IMG/VR virus record: IMGVR_UViG_3300020044_002018
Coordinates: 1-34,821 of that record
Length of the DNA stretch: 34,821 nucleotides
Origin: a virus
Lineage: Duplodnaviria > Caudoviricetes
Strand: one strand, 5' to 3'
Shown here: positions 8,945 to 16,606 of the stretch, one piece after another
Numbering within the stretch: position 1 is the stretch's first letter
Layout: every line of letters begins with the position of its first letter
Notes under the pieces: model-generated
Told to the model about the DNA's origin: nothing
The model's input: the letters and a program-made list of their open reading frames with translations, nothing else
Database searches by the model: none
Translations under genes and position numbers: made by a program

Positions 8945-9356
8945 CCCGCTTGAAGTAGTCAGTCGGGATATGGACAACTGGTTCTATATCCTGACTGTCT
9001 CCTCTGTCTTTTCTTCCTCCGACTCCGTAGGTTACATCGCACCAGCCCTGTGTGTGGTAGAAGATACCGTCGCTCCACTTGACGATGACTAGGAACTTGC
9101 CGCCGATCTCCTGTGCCATCGCCTTGCCGTGCATCCACTTGTGCATGGACAGCATCAGGGTTGGGTACTGACTGCGAGGATTGTTGCGGCACTTGAGTTC
9201 AGCAAATGCCTTGGCTTCTCCTCGCTTGGTCAGCATCCAGTCCACATGGTAGGCGCGAGGCAGCTTGTGGAAGTCTACTTCCCACATGAGGAACAGTGCT
9301 TCCTGTACTTCCTTCTCGCGCTGTAGGTCAGCGTCTGTCTCATAGATGGGACGCAT
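8937..9356 (-). CDS. PD-(D/E)XK superfamily nuclease-like protein
   Basis: VDW...FAELKCR spacing of the D and ExK residues. Confidence 0.7.
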   Translation of the reverse strand: MRPIYETDADLQREKEVQEALFLMWEVDFHKLPRAYHVDWMLTKRGEAKAFAELKCRNNPRSQYPTLMLSMHKWMHGKAMAQEIGGKFLVIVKWSDGIFYHTQGWCDVTYGVGGRKDRGDSQDIEPVVHIPTDYFKRVT

Positions 9357-9654
9357 TCTTTTCCTTTAGCTTGGCTTCAATGGCGCGGGCAAACTCCGCA
9401 ATTTCGTCATCGTCTGCACCGATGCCAAGTTCCCGTACAAGGATTTGATCTATCTCCTCATCCGTCAGCCCCTGCCATTCGCGCTGTGGTGGGGTGGTCT
9501 TAATATCAAAATCAACTCCAGCCCACGGCTCTGGTTCAGGCTGCGCGAGTCGGGTGCGAAGTAGTTTAATTTCTGCATTGAACGCACCTTCGTTCATGCA
9601 CTCCAACGCATCCAGCACCTGCTGCGCTTCCTCGCGGGTTAGTGTAATGGTCAT
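9340..9654 (-). CDS. Hypothetical phage protein
   Basis: Coupled ORF; C-terminal REWQGLTDEEI...FARAIEAKLKEKN motif recalled from proteobacterial phage small proteins. Confidence 0.8.
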   Translation of the reverse strand: MTITLTREEAQQVLDALECMNEGAFNAEIKLLRTRLAQPEPEPWAGVDFDIKTTPPQREWQGLTDEEIDQILVRELGIGADDDEIAEFARAIEAKLKEKNASHL

Positions 9655-9899
9655 AGCTTATGCCCTCTGATCTGACGGCAACGCTCACGCTCCTGCGGTG
9701 TAACGTCTGGGCTGATCTCTGCCACATTACAGATGTTGCGGTAGGTAGGCGGCGGCTGTAAGGCTATGAGTATCACCATCACCAATGAGGCACAGGCGAT
9801 GATGGCGTACCAGATAACTGCTAATGATTCGGGCAGGGTGTCCTGCTTCTCTGTTTGCATTTCTAATTCCTCCACTTGTCGTTTACGCCACAGGCTCAC
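9651..9899 (-). CDS. Small membrane protein
   Basis: One TM and a C-terminal C..AEISPD...C segment; ATGA overlaps on both sides. Confidence 0.75.
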   Translation of the reverse strand: MSLWRKRQVEELEMQTEKQDTLPESLAVIWYAIIACASLVMVILIALQPPPTYRNICNVAEISPDVTPQERERCRQIRGHKL

Positions 9900-10222
9900 T
9901 TGAGGTCATCCAAGTCGGACAAGTCTCTGGCTACCCGCAGCACTGCGAGGATGGCTTGGTCTACGCTGTTGACGATATCCACCTGCCCTCGCCAATCCCT
10001 ATGCCAGATGATCTGGTCTGGGGTTAGCTTCTGTTGGGATGGGGATTTAGTTCCGTCCTTGATCTCCAGCAGGATATTGAATCCCTTGTATCCCACCAGC
10101 AGATCAGGACAGCCAGCACCTACGCCGTGCAGATGCTGAACAAAGCAGCCCATGTGCCGCAGTGCTTTCACTATTTCCTTTTGATTGTCGTCAACCTTTG
10201 CGGCTCTCATACCACTCCTCAC
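9896..10222 (-). CDS. VRR-NUC-like nuclease, probable Holliday junction resolvase
   Basis: AKVDDNQKEIVKALR...GCPDLLVG...LLEIK...LTPDQ..W; start may be the second Met (10210). Confidence 0.8.
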   Translation of the reverse strand: MRSGMRAAKVDDNQKEIVKALRHMGCFVQHLHGVGAGCPDLLVGYKGFNILLEIKDGTKSPSQQKLTPDQIIWHRDWRGQVDIVNSVDQAILAVLRVARDLSDLDDLK

Positions 10223-10400
10223 GTTTGAAAACTATGCCGTCCTTGGCGGGGCTGTACCCATCGCAATCGACATCTGCTGCGATTGACATGAACACAGCCC
10301 CATCTTTTTGCAAGTCTGCTGCCATGCACCTGCCGTACCCCACCTTTGCATGGGAGGGGTAGTCTCGCAGGTTGTAGTTAATACAATGCAGGCAGCGCAT
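10191..10400 (-). CDS. Small Cys-containing protein
   Basis: CLHC...GRC...C pattern, possibly metal-binding. Confidence 0.65.
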   Translation of the reverse strand: MRCLHCINYNLRDYPSHAKVGYGRCMAADLQKDGAVFMSIAADVDCDGYSPAKDGIVFKREEWYESRKG

Positions 10401-10557
10401 TACTTTTCCCGTAGAAGCTGGGTGACTTACGCTCTTTGCATGGACTGCATACCCATCGTTTAGTTCTGTTGCACTTCTTCCAGTAGCCGCCTTTCAGTTC
10501 CCGGTGGCTATTGCATGAGGTACACCATCGAGTGCCTGTGTTTTCTAGCTTGGTCAT
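10378..10557 (-). CDS. 59-aa zinc-ribbon protein (MTKLENTGTRWCTSC...WVCSPCKERK...)
   Basis: Hand-translated, below the ORF-track cutoff; two CxxC pairs; ATGA overlap with the upstream gene. Confidence 0.7.
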   Translation of the reverse strand: MTKLENTGTRWCTSCNSHRELKGGYWKKCNRTKRWVCSPCKERKSPSFYGKSNALPALY

Positions 10558-10784
10558 AGCAGCGCCTTGATATCACGAATGGGTATCTCGTACTTTTCGT
10601 GTACTTTCAGGATGACTGCGGCGGTAACTGCCCTGCCTGATCTCATCTTGCTGATGGTGGAAGGCAGTACATCAAGCGCATCTGCCAGCGCATGGTCATT
10701 TTTTAGACGATAATTTTTTATCAAAAAATCGAATAGTCGATGAGCCGGTTTCCTTATTTTTTCTGGTGGATATTCTGTATTCAC
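10554..10784 (-). CDS. XRE/Cro-type helix-turn-helix protein
   Basis: LKNDHALADALDVLPSTISKMRSG HTH pattern; GTG 10784 preceded by AAAGGA. Confidence 0.8.
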   Translation of the reverse strand: MNTEYPPEKIRKPAHRLFDFLIKNYRLKNDHALADALDVLPSTISKMRSGRAVTAAVILKVHEKYEIPIRDIKALL

Positions 10785-10923
10785 TGATTGTCCTTTTAAC
10801 ATCTGTCTCTACTGCTGGGGTTGGGATGAAGCGGTTAGGGTCACCGGCTATTTGTTCGCTGATGAGTTTCTTCCTACTTCGCAAGTATTCTTTTGCCAGT
10901 TCAAGCTTGACGTTGTAGTCCAT
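10696..10923 (-). CDS. Hypothetical protein
   Basis: ATG with GAGG SD; fills the gap after the RecT-like gene; 3' end overlaps the HTH gene. Confidence 0.6.
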   Translation of the reverse strand: MDYNVKLELAKEYLRSRKKLISEQIAGDPNRFIPTPAVETDVKRTISEYRISTRKNKETGSSTIRFFDKKLSSKK

Positions 10924-11977
10924 TGTCTGCCCTCACGTTATCTGGTTGACCTTCCTCTTTCATCTTTGCGCCCAAGTACCCAAGGCGGGTCTGGTACGCT
11001 TGGGTTAATACTACACGCACCATCGTATCGAGCCGCTTGATGGTCGGCTCATTGGCTTCCCGTAGCTCCCGAAGCTTGGTCATGCGGGTGCGCGGCGCTG
11101 CCTTGCCTGATTGCGTGACCTGATCGGCGAGTTTGTTGTACTCAACCAGCCACGTATCCATCGAGCCGTAGGGTATGGGTTCCTTCCCCGGCACAAAGAG
11201 AGGCCATTCGGAACTAGTTTCCTGCGAAACGACTGGGCTAGCGACCTCCTCCCCTTCCACGGGAGCAGTGTCCTGAACGATGACAACCTCCTCAACCACG
11301 ACTGTCGCCTCTGCCTCTGGCTCCGGTGTGTCGGCATCTGGCTGGCTCTCTGCCTCAAGTACCTCATAGGTTTCCTCTATCAATTGTGGTGGAGCGATAG
11401 CATCCAATGGGTTGCGTGGAATATCCTTGATCTCTGCTGGCTTGGAATCTGACGGGTAATCTGCTGCCTCCTCGGTAGTGATGAGTCCCTTCAGCGCATC
11501 TGGGAAGGCATCGCGCAGGGCAAAACCTCTGGCTCGCATCTGTAGCATCCGCTTTGGGTAGCTAGTCCACGGCCCCTGCTTATTCCACAGTCCTGCCCGC
11601 TTGGCATCCTCTACTGAGAACCGTGCTGTGACAGGCTTGCGCCCCCTTCTGTGGGCGATACAGACTGCGACAGGGTTCGGTGTACCTTCGCCTTCGAAAA
11701 ACTCCTCTACGCCCTCACAGGCTGGATGTGCCTGCACCAGTGCCATCGCTGCATCACCGTAGACTGACGGCTTGCCATTGATGACGGAGATGTTTTGCAA
11801 AGCTTGCATCGGGGCAAGTCCGATCTCGGTTCCCCATTGGATAGCGACCAAGATATCCAGCGGCTTGCCTGCATAGTTCTTCGGGACAAGATTGCTATTG
11901 GCTAGTTCGGACGCGAAGTCCTTTGCCTCTGAGAATGTTGTCGGCAGGAACCCTTGCCGCACGGTTAAGTTACTCAT
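10901..11977 (-). CDS. RecT/Redbeta-like single-strand annealing protein
   Basis: LVPKNY.GKP.DILVAIQWG.EIGL.PMQALQNI.VINGKP; W..YPKRML..RA..FALRDAFPD.L.G; adjacent to the exonuclease. Confidence 0.85.
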   Translation of the reverse strand: MSNLTVRQGFLPTTFSEAKDFASELANSNLVPKNYAGKPLDILVAIQWGTEIGLAPMQALQNISVINGKPSVYGDAAMALVQAHPACEGVEEFFEGEGTPNPVAVCIAHRRGRKPVTARFSVEDAKRAGLWNKQGPWTSYPKRMLQMRARGFALRDAFPDALKGLITTEEAADYPSDSKPAEIKDIPRNPLDAIAPPQLIEETYEVLEAESQPDADTPEPEAEATVVVEEVVIVQDTAPVEGEEVASPVVSQETSSEWPLFVPGKEPIPYGSMDTWLVEYNKLADQVTQSGKAAPRTRMTKLRELREANEPTIKRLDTMVRVVLTQAYQTRLGYLGAKMKEEGQPDNVRADNGLQRQA

Positions 11978-12927
11978 TTAATTTCCTTCACGGTTAATGA
12001 TGACTGTCGCACGGAGTACGCAGCCTTTCCTTTGACTACGCGATCTTGTGTCGCTTGGTAATTCCGCATAGGCCAGCTCACTTGGTAACGTCCTATCGTT
12101 GCTTTACTGGCCGTCTGCATTGCTTCTTTGATCTTTGTTTCCCGATCATTGATAACTTCTTCGCACTGCTTTATGTCCTGCTTGGCTTCCAAAATGTCAC
12201 GCGCCCACGTTTCAAATTCACCGGCAAGCTGGACTGTCGCCTCTTCTCCCTGTCCCCATGTTCTGTCGGCATCGGCAGAGTCGACAGGAGGATAGTATTC
12301 AATATGCCTATCAGCTTTCCAGATGTCAAGTCTACGTTGAAAGTCTCGGGTAGCTTGTGCGATTGCTCGGAGGGTAGCTTCGTGTGGTTTGAACAGGAAG
12401 ATGCGTAGCTCTGTGCCGCGATATAAGACGCACAGAGCGCCCCATTTAGCTCCGGTGATATCCATCTGTGCCTGAAGCTGGATCACGCCCCTGTAGAGGG
12501 CTGGGCTGTGCTCTGGTGCCACTGCTGTTAGCTTTGCTTCCAGTATGCCGCGACCATCTAGCTGAATGCTATCCCCATCCATGACCATGATGCCAAGATC
12601 GGGGTTATTGTGGACAATTACCCCGTTCCCATCGGCGGTAGCGTCAAGGGAACAGGCCAGCCTTAGCAGTGGGTGAAAGTATGGCTCGGGATGCTCAGTG
12701 ATTAAATTTGAAACTCCCAGCCGACCTGCCGCCCTTTCCAATATCGCTGTCTCAAACGTATTTCCCCAGTCCATTGCTTCATTAGTAATATTTTCCCGTT
12801 CCTTGTTTCCCAGCGCATCGATGGCCGCTGATAGCTCATCGTTCGGGGTTCTGTATTTGCTGTAACCCATGACGGCAGGTAGACGGGAAGCGGACAGCAT
12901 TGTGTCCGGCGTGACTTTTCCGACCAT
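11974..12927 (-). CDS. YqaJ/lambda-type exonuclease
   Basis: LSAS...GYSKY.TP, AMDWGN.FE, ACSLDA, LEAK, IQLQAQM motifs. Confidence 0.88.
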   Translation of the reverse strand: MVGKVTPDTMLSASRLPAVMGYSKYRTPNDELSAAIDALGNKERENITNEAMDWGNTFETAILERAAGRLGVSNLITEHPEPYFHPLLRLACSLDATADGNGVIVHNNPDLGIMVMDGDSIQLDGRGILEAKLTAVAPEHSPALYRGVIQLQAQMDITGAKWGALCVLYRGTELRIFLFKPHEATLRAIAQATRDFQRRLDIWKADRHIEYYPPVDSADADRTWGQGEEATVQLAGEFETWARDILEAKQDIKQCEEVINDRETKIKEAMQTASKATIGRYQVSWPMRNYQATQDRVVKGKAAYSVRQSSLTVKEIK

Positions 12928-12940
12928 AATAAACCTCTTA

Positions 12941-13102
12941 TTAAAATGTTAATGTGACTCGCTGAATGATTCGCTCAATCAACGAATGATTGACGGTATA
13001 TCCCTGCTGCTGCGACAGGTTGACAAGTAGCAGAACCTGCAATGCGTCTGGCTCTGACAGGTTCGGTGCTACCTCATAGAGTGTTGTGAGTGTGACAGGC
13101 AT
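12941..13102 (-). CDS. 53-aa hypothetical protein (MPVTLTTLYEVAPNLSEPDALQVLLLVNL...)
   Basis: Hand-translated; AAAGGAG SD; ends just before the exonuclease SD. Confidence 0.65.
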   Translation of the reverse strand: MPVTLTTLYEVAPNLSEPDALQVLLLVNLSQQQGYTVNHSLIERIIQRVTLTF

Positions 13103-13130
13103 GGTGACTCCTTTCGGTTCATGTGGCGTT

Positions 13131-13155
13131 AAAAAAACCTGCCCGAAGGCAGGCT
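13131..13155 (-). terminator. Rho-independent terminator
   Basis: Minus strand GCCTGCC-TTCG-GGCAGGT followed by a T run. Confidence 0.9.
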
Positions 13156-13174
13156 TGTGGTGCTGCTGGTGGTG

Positions 13175-13432
13175 TTATTTGCGGACGATGGAATCAGCGA
13201 AGCAGAAAACGTATCCTTTGCCGTCAGCGCTACCGCCGAACCGCATATCGTCAATATTCCAGTTTAGTTCGTGTTTGCGGATTAATTCTTTGACGGCTGA
13301 GAAATGCACGGCTTCGCCGGATAACTCATGCGGATAGGGAACCGTGGCAGAAAGCCCGCTGAAAGTGTAGGCCTTGATGCGTGAGCCTTTGGTGTTCGTG
13401 CAAGGCAAGTACTTTGTGTGAATAGCGATCAT
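13175..13432 (-). CDS. Hypothetical early protein
   Basis: 85-aa ORF (I.TKYLP.TNTKGSRIKA); SD GAAAGGA. Confidence 0.8.
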   Translation of the reverse strand: MIAIHTKYLPCTNTKGSRIKAYTFSGLSATVPYPHELSGEAVHFSAVKELIRKHELNWNIDDMRFGGSADGKGYVFCFADSIVRK

Positions 13433-13452
13433 GATTGCATTTCCTTTCAGGT

Positions 13453-14100
13453 TTAAGCGGCAAGCTTGATTGAAATTACTTTGTGCATTGTTTTACCGTG
13501 TGCTGGGTAGGCGATAACCTTGGCAAGCTTATGGAAGCAAGCCCGGCACCCGTTACACTTGCCTTCGTGTTCGTAAGCTTGACAGACTGTCATGCCCTTC
13601 TTGGCATCCGCAGCAGACGGGATAATCACGGAACCGTGTAACCCCTTCGTGTACTGACCTGTCACGCTGTCAGATGAGAATCGCACGGAAACATTTTTCA
13701 ATGCCTGCATCTCAGCGAATACTTGACGGAACTTTGGAAACTTATACATCCGGGTTGGAAGCCAGTGCTGGCACCACGGAGTACGCTTCATGACTTCGAG
13801 AATCTTTTCGGCAAGGGCAAGAGTGTAGACATCGCCTGAATCAAACCAACGAAAATAGCGGTCTTTTTCCAGCTCTTGGCACATATCATCCGCCCAGTCT
13901 AAGCGTTTCCAGTCCTCTTGATTGTGTAGGCGTGGTGCCTTGACGTTATTGAAGCGGTAATTACCTGTTGTTGCGTAACAGCCTTTGCAGGCATCAACTA
14001 GTTCGCCGGGTGCTGCGATTGAACCGGGGCAAGTGTCAATGGCCTGCAGAGACCACGAGCGGATGCCGTCAAGTTTTGAAGTGATAGATATCTTGACCAT
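13453..14100 (-). CDS. GP88-like Cys-rich protein (possible Fe-S, radical-SAM-like fold)
   Basis: TCPGS...CKGCYA..GNY, YFRWFDSGD, HWLPTR, C-terminal C.A.....KC..CRAC...YPAH. Confidence 0.75.
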   Translation of the reverse strand: MVKISITSKLDGIRSWSLQAIDTCPGSIAAPGELVDACKGCYATTGNYRFNNVKAPRLHNQEDWKRLDWADDMCQELEKDRYFRWFDSGDVYTLALAEKILEVMKRTPWCQHWLPTRMYKFPKFRQVFAEMQALKNVSVRFSSDSVTGQYTKGLHGSVIIPSAADAKKGMTVCQAYEHEGKCNGCRACFHKLAKVIAYPAHGKTMHKVISIKLAA

Positions 14101-14402
14101 TATTGTGCCCCCTGCGCGATATTGGCGGCGATGGCCGGGGTATAGCAGAAGTATTCGCGGACTTTAGACCGGCGTTCACGGGCGACACGATCCCGAAGCT
14201 TTGGATCGAATCCGAATTTTGCCCGGTAGGCGCTCATAAACTTGGCCGCGTCGCAGTCTTCCTCGAGATACGCAAAACCGTTTTTGTAATAAGAATAAGG
14301 CGAGATATCGCTGGCAATATTCAATTCCAGCAAAAGGGAAACCGGGGTTTTGATCCAACCGTGGCCGGGATCCTGAATATAATCGAAGGTCTTCATTGTC
14401 AT
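14100..14402 (-). CDS. Hypothetical early protein with DPGHGW...YLEEDCDA motif
   Basis: ORF with SD; conserved-looking His/acidic motif; start may be the second Met (14396). Confidence 0.8.
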   Translation of the reverse strand: MTMKTFDYIQDPGHGWIKTPVSLLLELNIASDISPYSYYKNGFAYLEEDCDAAKFMSAYRAKFGFDPKLRDRVARERRSKVREYFCYTPAIAANIAQGAQ

Positions 14403-14428
14403 TTCCTTTCAGGGTTGACAGTTAATAA

Positions 14429-14590
14429 TTAAATATTGTCTTCGGTGGTGAGATGAACGGCTGTCAGGCCGACGAAGATGGCGGTATACATGAGCAGTTC
14501 GGCGGTATCGAAATCACCAGTGACAGCACCAATGAGGATGACGATTGCCAGCGCGATGAGTGAGAAAGCTTGAATGGTCTTCATTTTCAT
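14429..14590 (-). CDS. 53-aa two-TM membrane protein
   Basis: Hand-translated MKMKTIQAFSLIALAIVILIGAVTGDFDTAELLMYTAIFVGLTAVHLTTEDNI; GGGGA SD. Confidence 0.7.
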   Translation of the reverse strand: MKMKTIQAFSLIALAIVILIGAVTGDFDTAELLMYTAIFVGLTAVHLTTEDNI

Positions 14591-14602
14591 GTTGTTCCCC
14601 AA

Positions 14603-14812
14603 TTAAGAAGTTTGCAAACCATTAACAACAAAGTATTCGACATCAAAGGCAGAAGGAAGGTTTCCAGAACAGGCGAGCCCGTCTGAGCCAATGATTTGCC
14701 AGCCTTTTAATGTGTTCTTGATGGTGAATTCTTTACCACTGGGAGCGATTACTACACAGCCATCGGCAACATGGCCTTTCATGCTGGTGAACTGGGATGA
14801 TTTGATTTTCAT
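14603..14812 (-). CDS. Hypothetical protein, first gene of the leftward operon
   Basis: 69-aa ORF with AAAAGGA SD downstream of the leftward promoter. Confidence 0.75.
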   Translation of the reverse strand: MKIKSSQFTSMKGHVADGCVVIAPSGKEFTIKNTLKGWQIIGSDGLACSGNLPSAFDVEYFVVNGLQTS

Positions 14813-14859
14813 GTCGTGTCCTTTTAGGTTTTGACGTTGATTGTGTGTTGCTGAGTGGC

Positions 14860-14891
14860 ATTATATATCTTGACAGCAGGCAATCAAGATA
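14860..14891 (-). promoter_or_regulatory. Leftward sigma70-type promoter overlapped by an 8-bp inverted repeat (operator candidate)
   Basis: Minus strand TTGATT-N16-TATAAT; TATCTTGA-N10-TCAAGATA at 14866-14891. Confidence 0.7.
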
Positions 14892-14931
14892 ATTATTTCA
14901 ATCGATTATTGCATTGTGATAGCATCAGTCT

Positions 14932-15111
14932 ATGGAACAGAAAGCCACATTATTAAGGTTGCGGGTTGATGTGCGGGAAATGCTCGACCGTCAGGCAGAG
15001 CAGCAGCGTAGATCACGGGTAAGCATTGCAGAGCAGGCTATCAGAGAGTATTGCCGACAGCATGAGAGTACCGAAGACAAGATGCAAAGGTTAATCAATG
15101 CAAAGCTTTGA
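14932..15111 (+). CDS. Ribbon-helix-helix (Arc/CopG-like) regulator, 59 aa
   Basis: Hand-translated MEQKATLLRLRVDVREMLDRQAEQQRRSRVSIAEQAIREYC...; beta strand then two helices; overlaps the initiator start. Confidence 0.75.
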   Translation: MEQKATLLRLRVDVREMLDRQAEQQRRSRVSIAEQAIREYCRQHESTEDKMQRLINAKL

Positions 15112-15814
15112 GCTGCCAGAACCGCCAAAGATAACTCAGGAAAAGCCCGTCGACCGGCGGATGTATACGATCGTTCCCATTCGGGCAGTCAATGACAGGC
15201 GGATTAGACCGGCAGCGATGCGGGCATTGCTGGCTGTCTGCTCATTCGCTAACCGTGCTGGCTTGTGTTGGCCGGGGCATGAGAACGTGGGCAAGATGCT
15301 GGGAGTCACAAGGCAGGCAGCAGGCAGGCAGGTAAAGAAGCTTGTCGAGATGGGTTACTTAAAGAAGGTAAAGAATCACACCTACGGGAAGACAGCCCAG
15401 ATTCTCAGGGTTATATACGACGACAGCATTAGCACCACAGATCACATGGACAAGGTGAAGTTCGAAGACTTGCCACCTACACTTCAGGCTTGGCAGACTA
15501 GCAAGGCAGTCGAAGTGTTAAATCAGGACAAGGAACCAATTAACATTGTTGCATTAACGGCATCAGAAGCGGTACAGGATGAACTAGGTGTGGATGATGT
15601 TTTGTTAATGTGGAAAAAAGCGTGTGCGAGTGCTGGCATTAGCAGGATTGTAACGTCTGAAGACCGTGCTGCCGTGGTGTCGATGTGTGCTGCAGGCCTG
15701 AGTAGGGCATCGTTTGAGCGTGTCCTGTCGCAGGTATTCGCAGACTGGCAGCAGTGCCGCAGGGAACCGCCGCATCGGCTGTCGTGGTTCGCTGCCAGAC
15801 TGGCGCCAGCGTAG
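15098..15814 (+). CDS. Replication initiator-like protein with winged HTH
   Basis: ALLAVCSFANRAGLCWPGHENVGKMLGVTRQAAGRQVKKLVEMGYL matches the HTH_36-type initiator pattern. Confidence 0.75.
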   Translation: MQSFELPEPPKITQEKPVDRRMYTIVPIRAVNDRRIRPAAMRALLAVCSFANRAGLCWPGHENVGKMLGVTRQAAGRQVKKLVEMGYLKKVKNHTYGKTAQILRVIYDDSISTTDHMDKVKFEDLPPTLQAWQTSKAVEVLNQDKEPINIVALTASEAVQDELGVDDVLLMWKKACASAGISRIVTSEDRAAVVSMCAAGLSRASFERVLSQVFADWQQCRREPPHRLSWFAARLAPA

Positions 15815-16022
15815 ACCCACCCATGCTCCCCCCCGCCCATCGCCTGTATCGGTGGGTACCTCACTCAATTTTTGGCTGGGTTTTTGAGGTTTGCAGGTAC
15901 TTTATAACGAATAAGTCTAAAAGCGGGTTGTTACAGACTTTTTTTATATATAACTGTGAGGTAGTTAGCGGATGGCTTAGAGGCGTTGGCTACGAAGGAA
16001 AGGCCCTCACGGGGTGGGCAAT

Positions 16023-16241
16023 AAGAACCTAACCCATATTTTTTATATAGGAGTAATCCATTACTGGATGCTTGTTCTAGTTTATCTAGGCTAACAGAGG
16101 GGCCAGCCTCTGCAAGAACTATGTGTCCCGATATTCTCTACTTGATCTCATCCGAGAGTATGAATAAGGAGTACCGTCCTATTCGCCACGTTTATTCCCT
16201 TGGTCACAAGCTACCGACGGGAGGGGTGGGTTATGCCCCCT
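16023..16241 (-). ncRNA. Candidate ~220-nt structured non-coding RNA
   Basis: Own promoter; 5' and 3' ends pair (GGGGGC-A-UAACCCA with UGGGUUA-G-GUUCUU); at least six internal hairpins, one with a GUAA tetraloop. Confidence 0.55.
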
Positions 16242-16247
16242 GAATGA

Positions 16248-16275
16248 AGTATAGTAGATAGGCACAGTTGTGCAA
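16248..16275 (-). promoter_or_regulatory. Sigma70-type promoter for the antisense RNA candidate
   Basis: Minus strand TTGCAC-N16-TATACT; predicted +1 near 16241-16240. Confidence 0.7.
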
Positions 16276-16306
16276 ATAACTTTTAGTAATCTCTTTGGAG
16301 AGCCAC

Positions 16307-16594
16307 ATGAACTATGGTAATAAGCCTTATGAGTTGCAAGATGACAATGGTAATTTGTTCTTAAACAAGAAGAAGAATGAGAATAGCCCGGACTGGTCGG
16401 GGAAGATGAAGTTAAATGGGCAGGTGTTCTACCTGTCGGCATGGGAGAAGAAGACGAAGAACGGGGATTTGTTCTACTCGGTACGGCTGGGGAAGATGGT
16501 GCCAGCAGAACCTACCCAGCACTCGATAGATAAAGGCAATGGATATATGCCTAACGATAAAAAAGATAATATGGATGATGACATCCCTTGGTGA
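16307..16594 (+). CDS. Small single-stranded DNA-binding protein-like
   Basis: NNGNLFLNKKK...PDWSG...LSAWEK core; acidic C-terminal tip DDDIPW like the SSB DDDIPF tail; GGAG SD. Confidence 0.7.
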   Translation: MNYGNKPYELQDDNGNLFLNKKKNENSPDWSGKMKLNGQVFYLSAWEKKTKNGDLFYSVRLGKMVPAEPTQHSIDKGNGYMPNDKKDNMDDDIPW

Positions 16595-16606
16595 TATATT
16601 GTTCTC

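Noticed and set aside
14870-14898. Perfect TTGACA as a rightward -35
   Set aside because: No acceptable -10 at 16-18 bp; the hexamer overlaps one arm of the inverted repeat
15754-16032. 92-aa plus-strand ORF after the initiator, and minus-strand ORF 16179-16442
   Set aside because: No convincing SD, atypical composition, overlap with better-supported genes, and they cross hairpin-rich DNA
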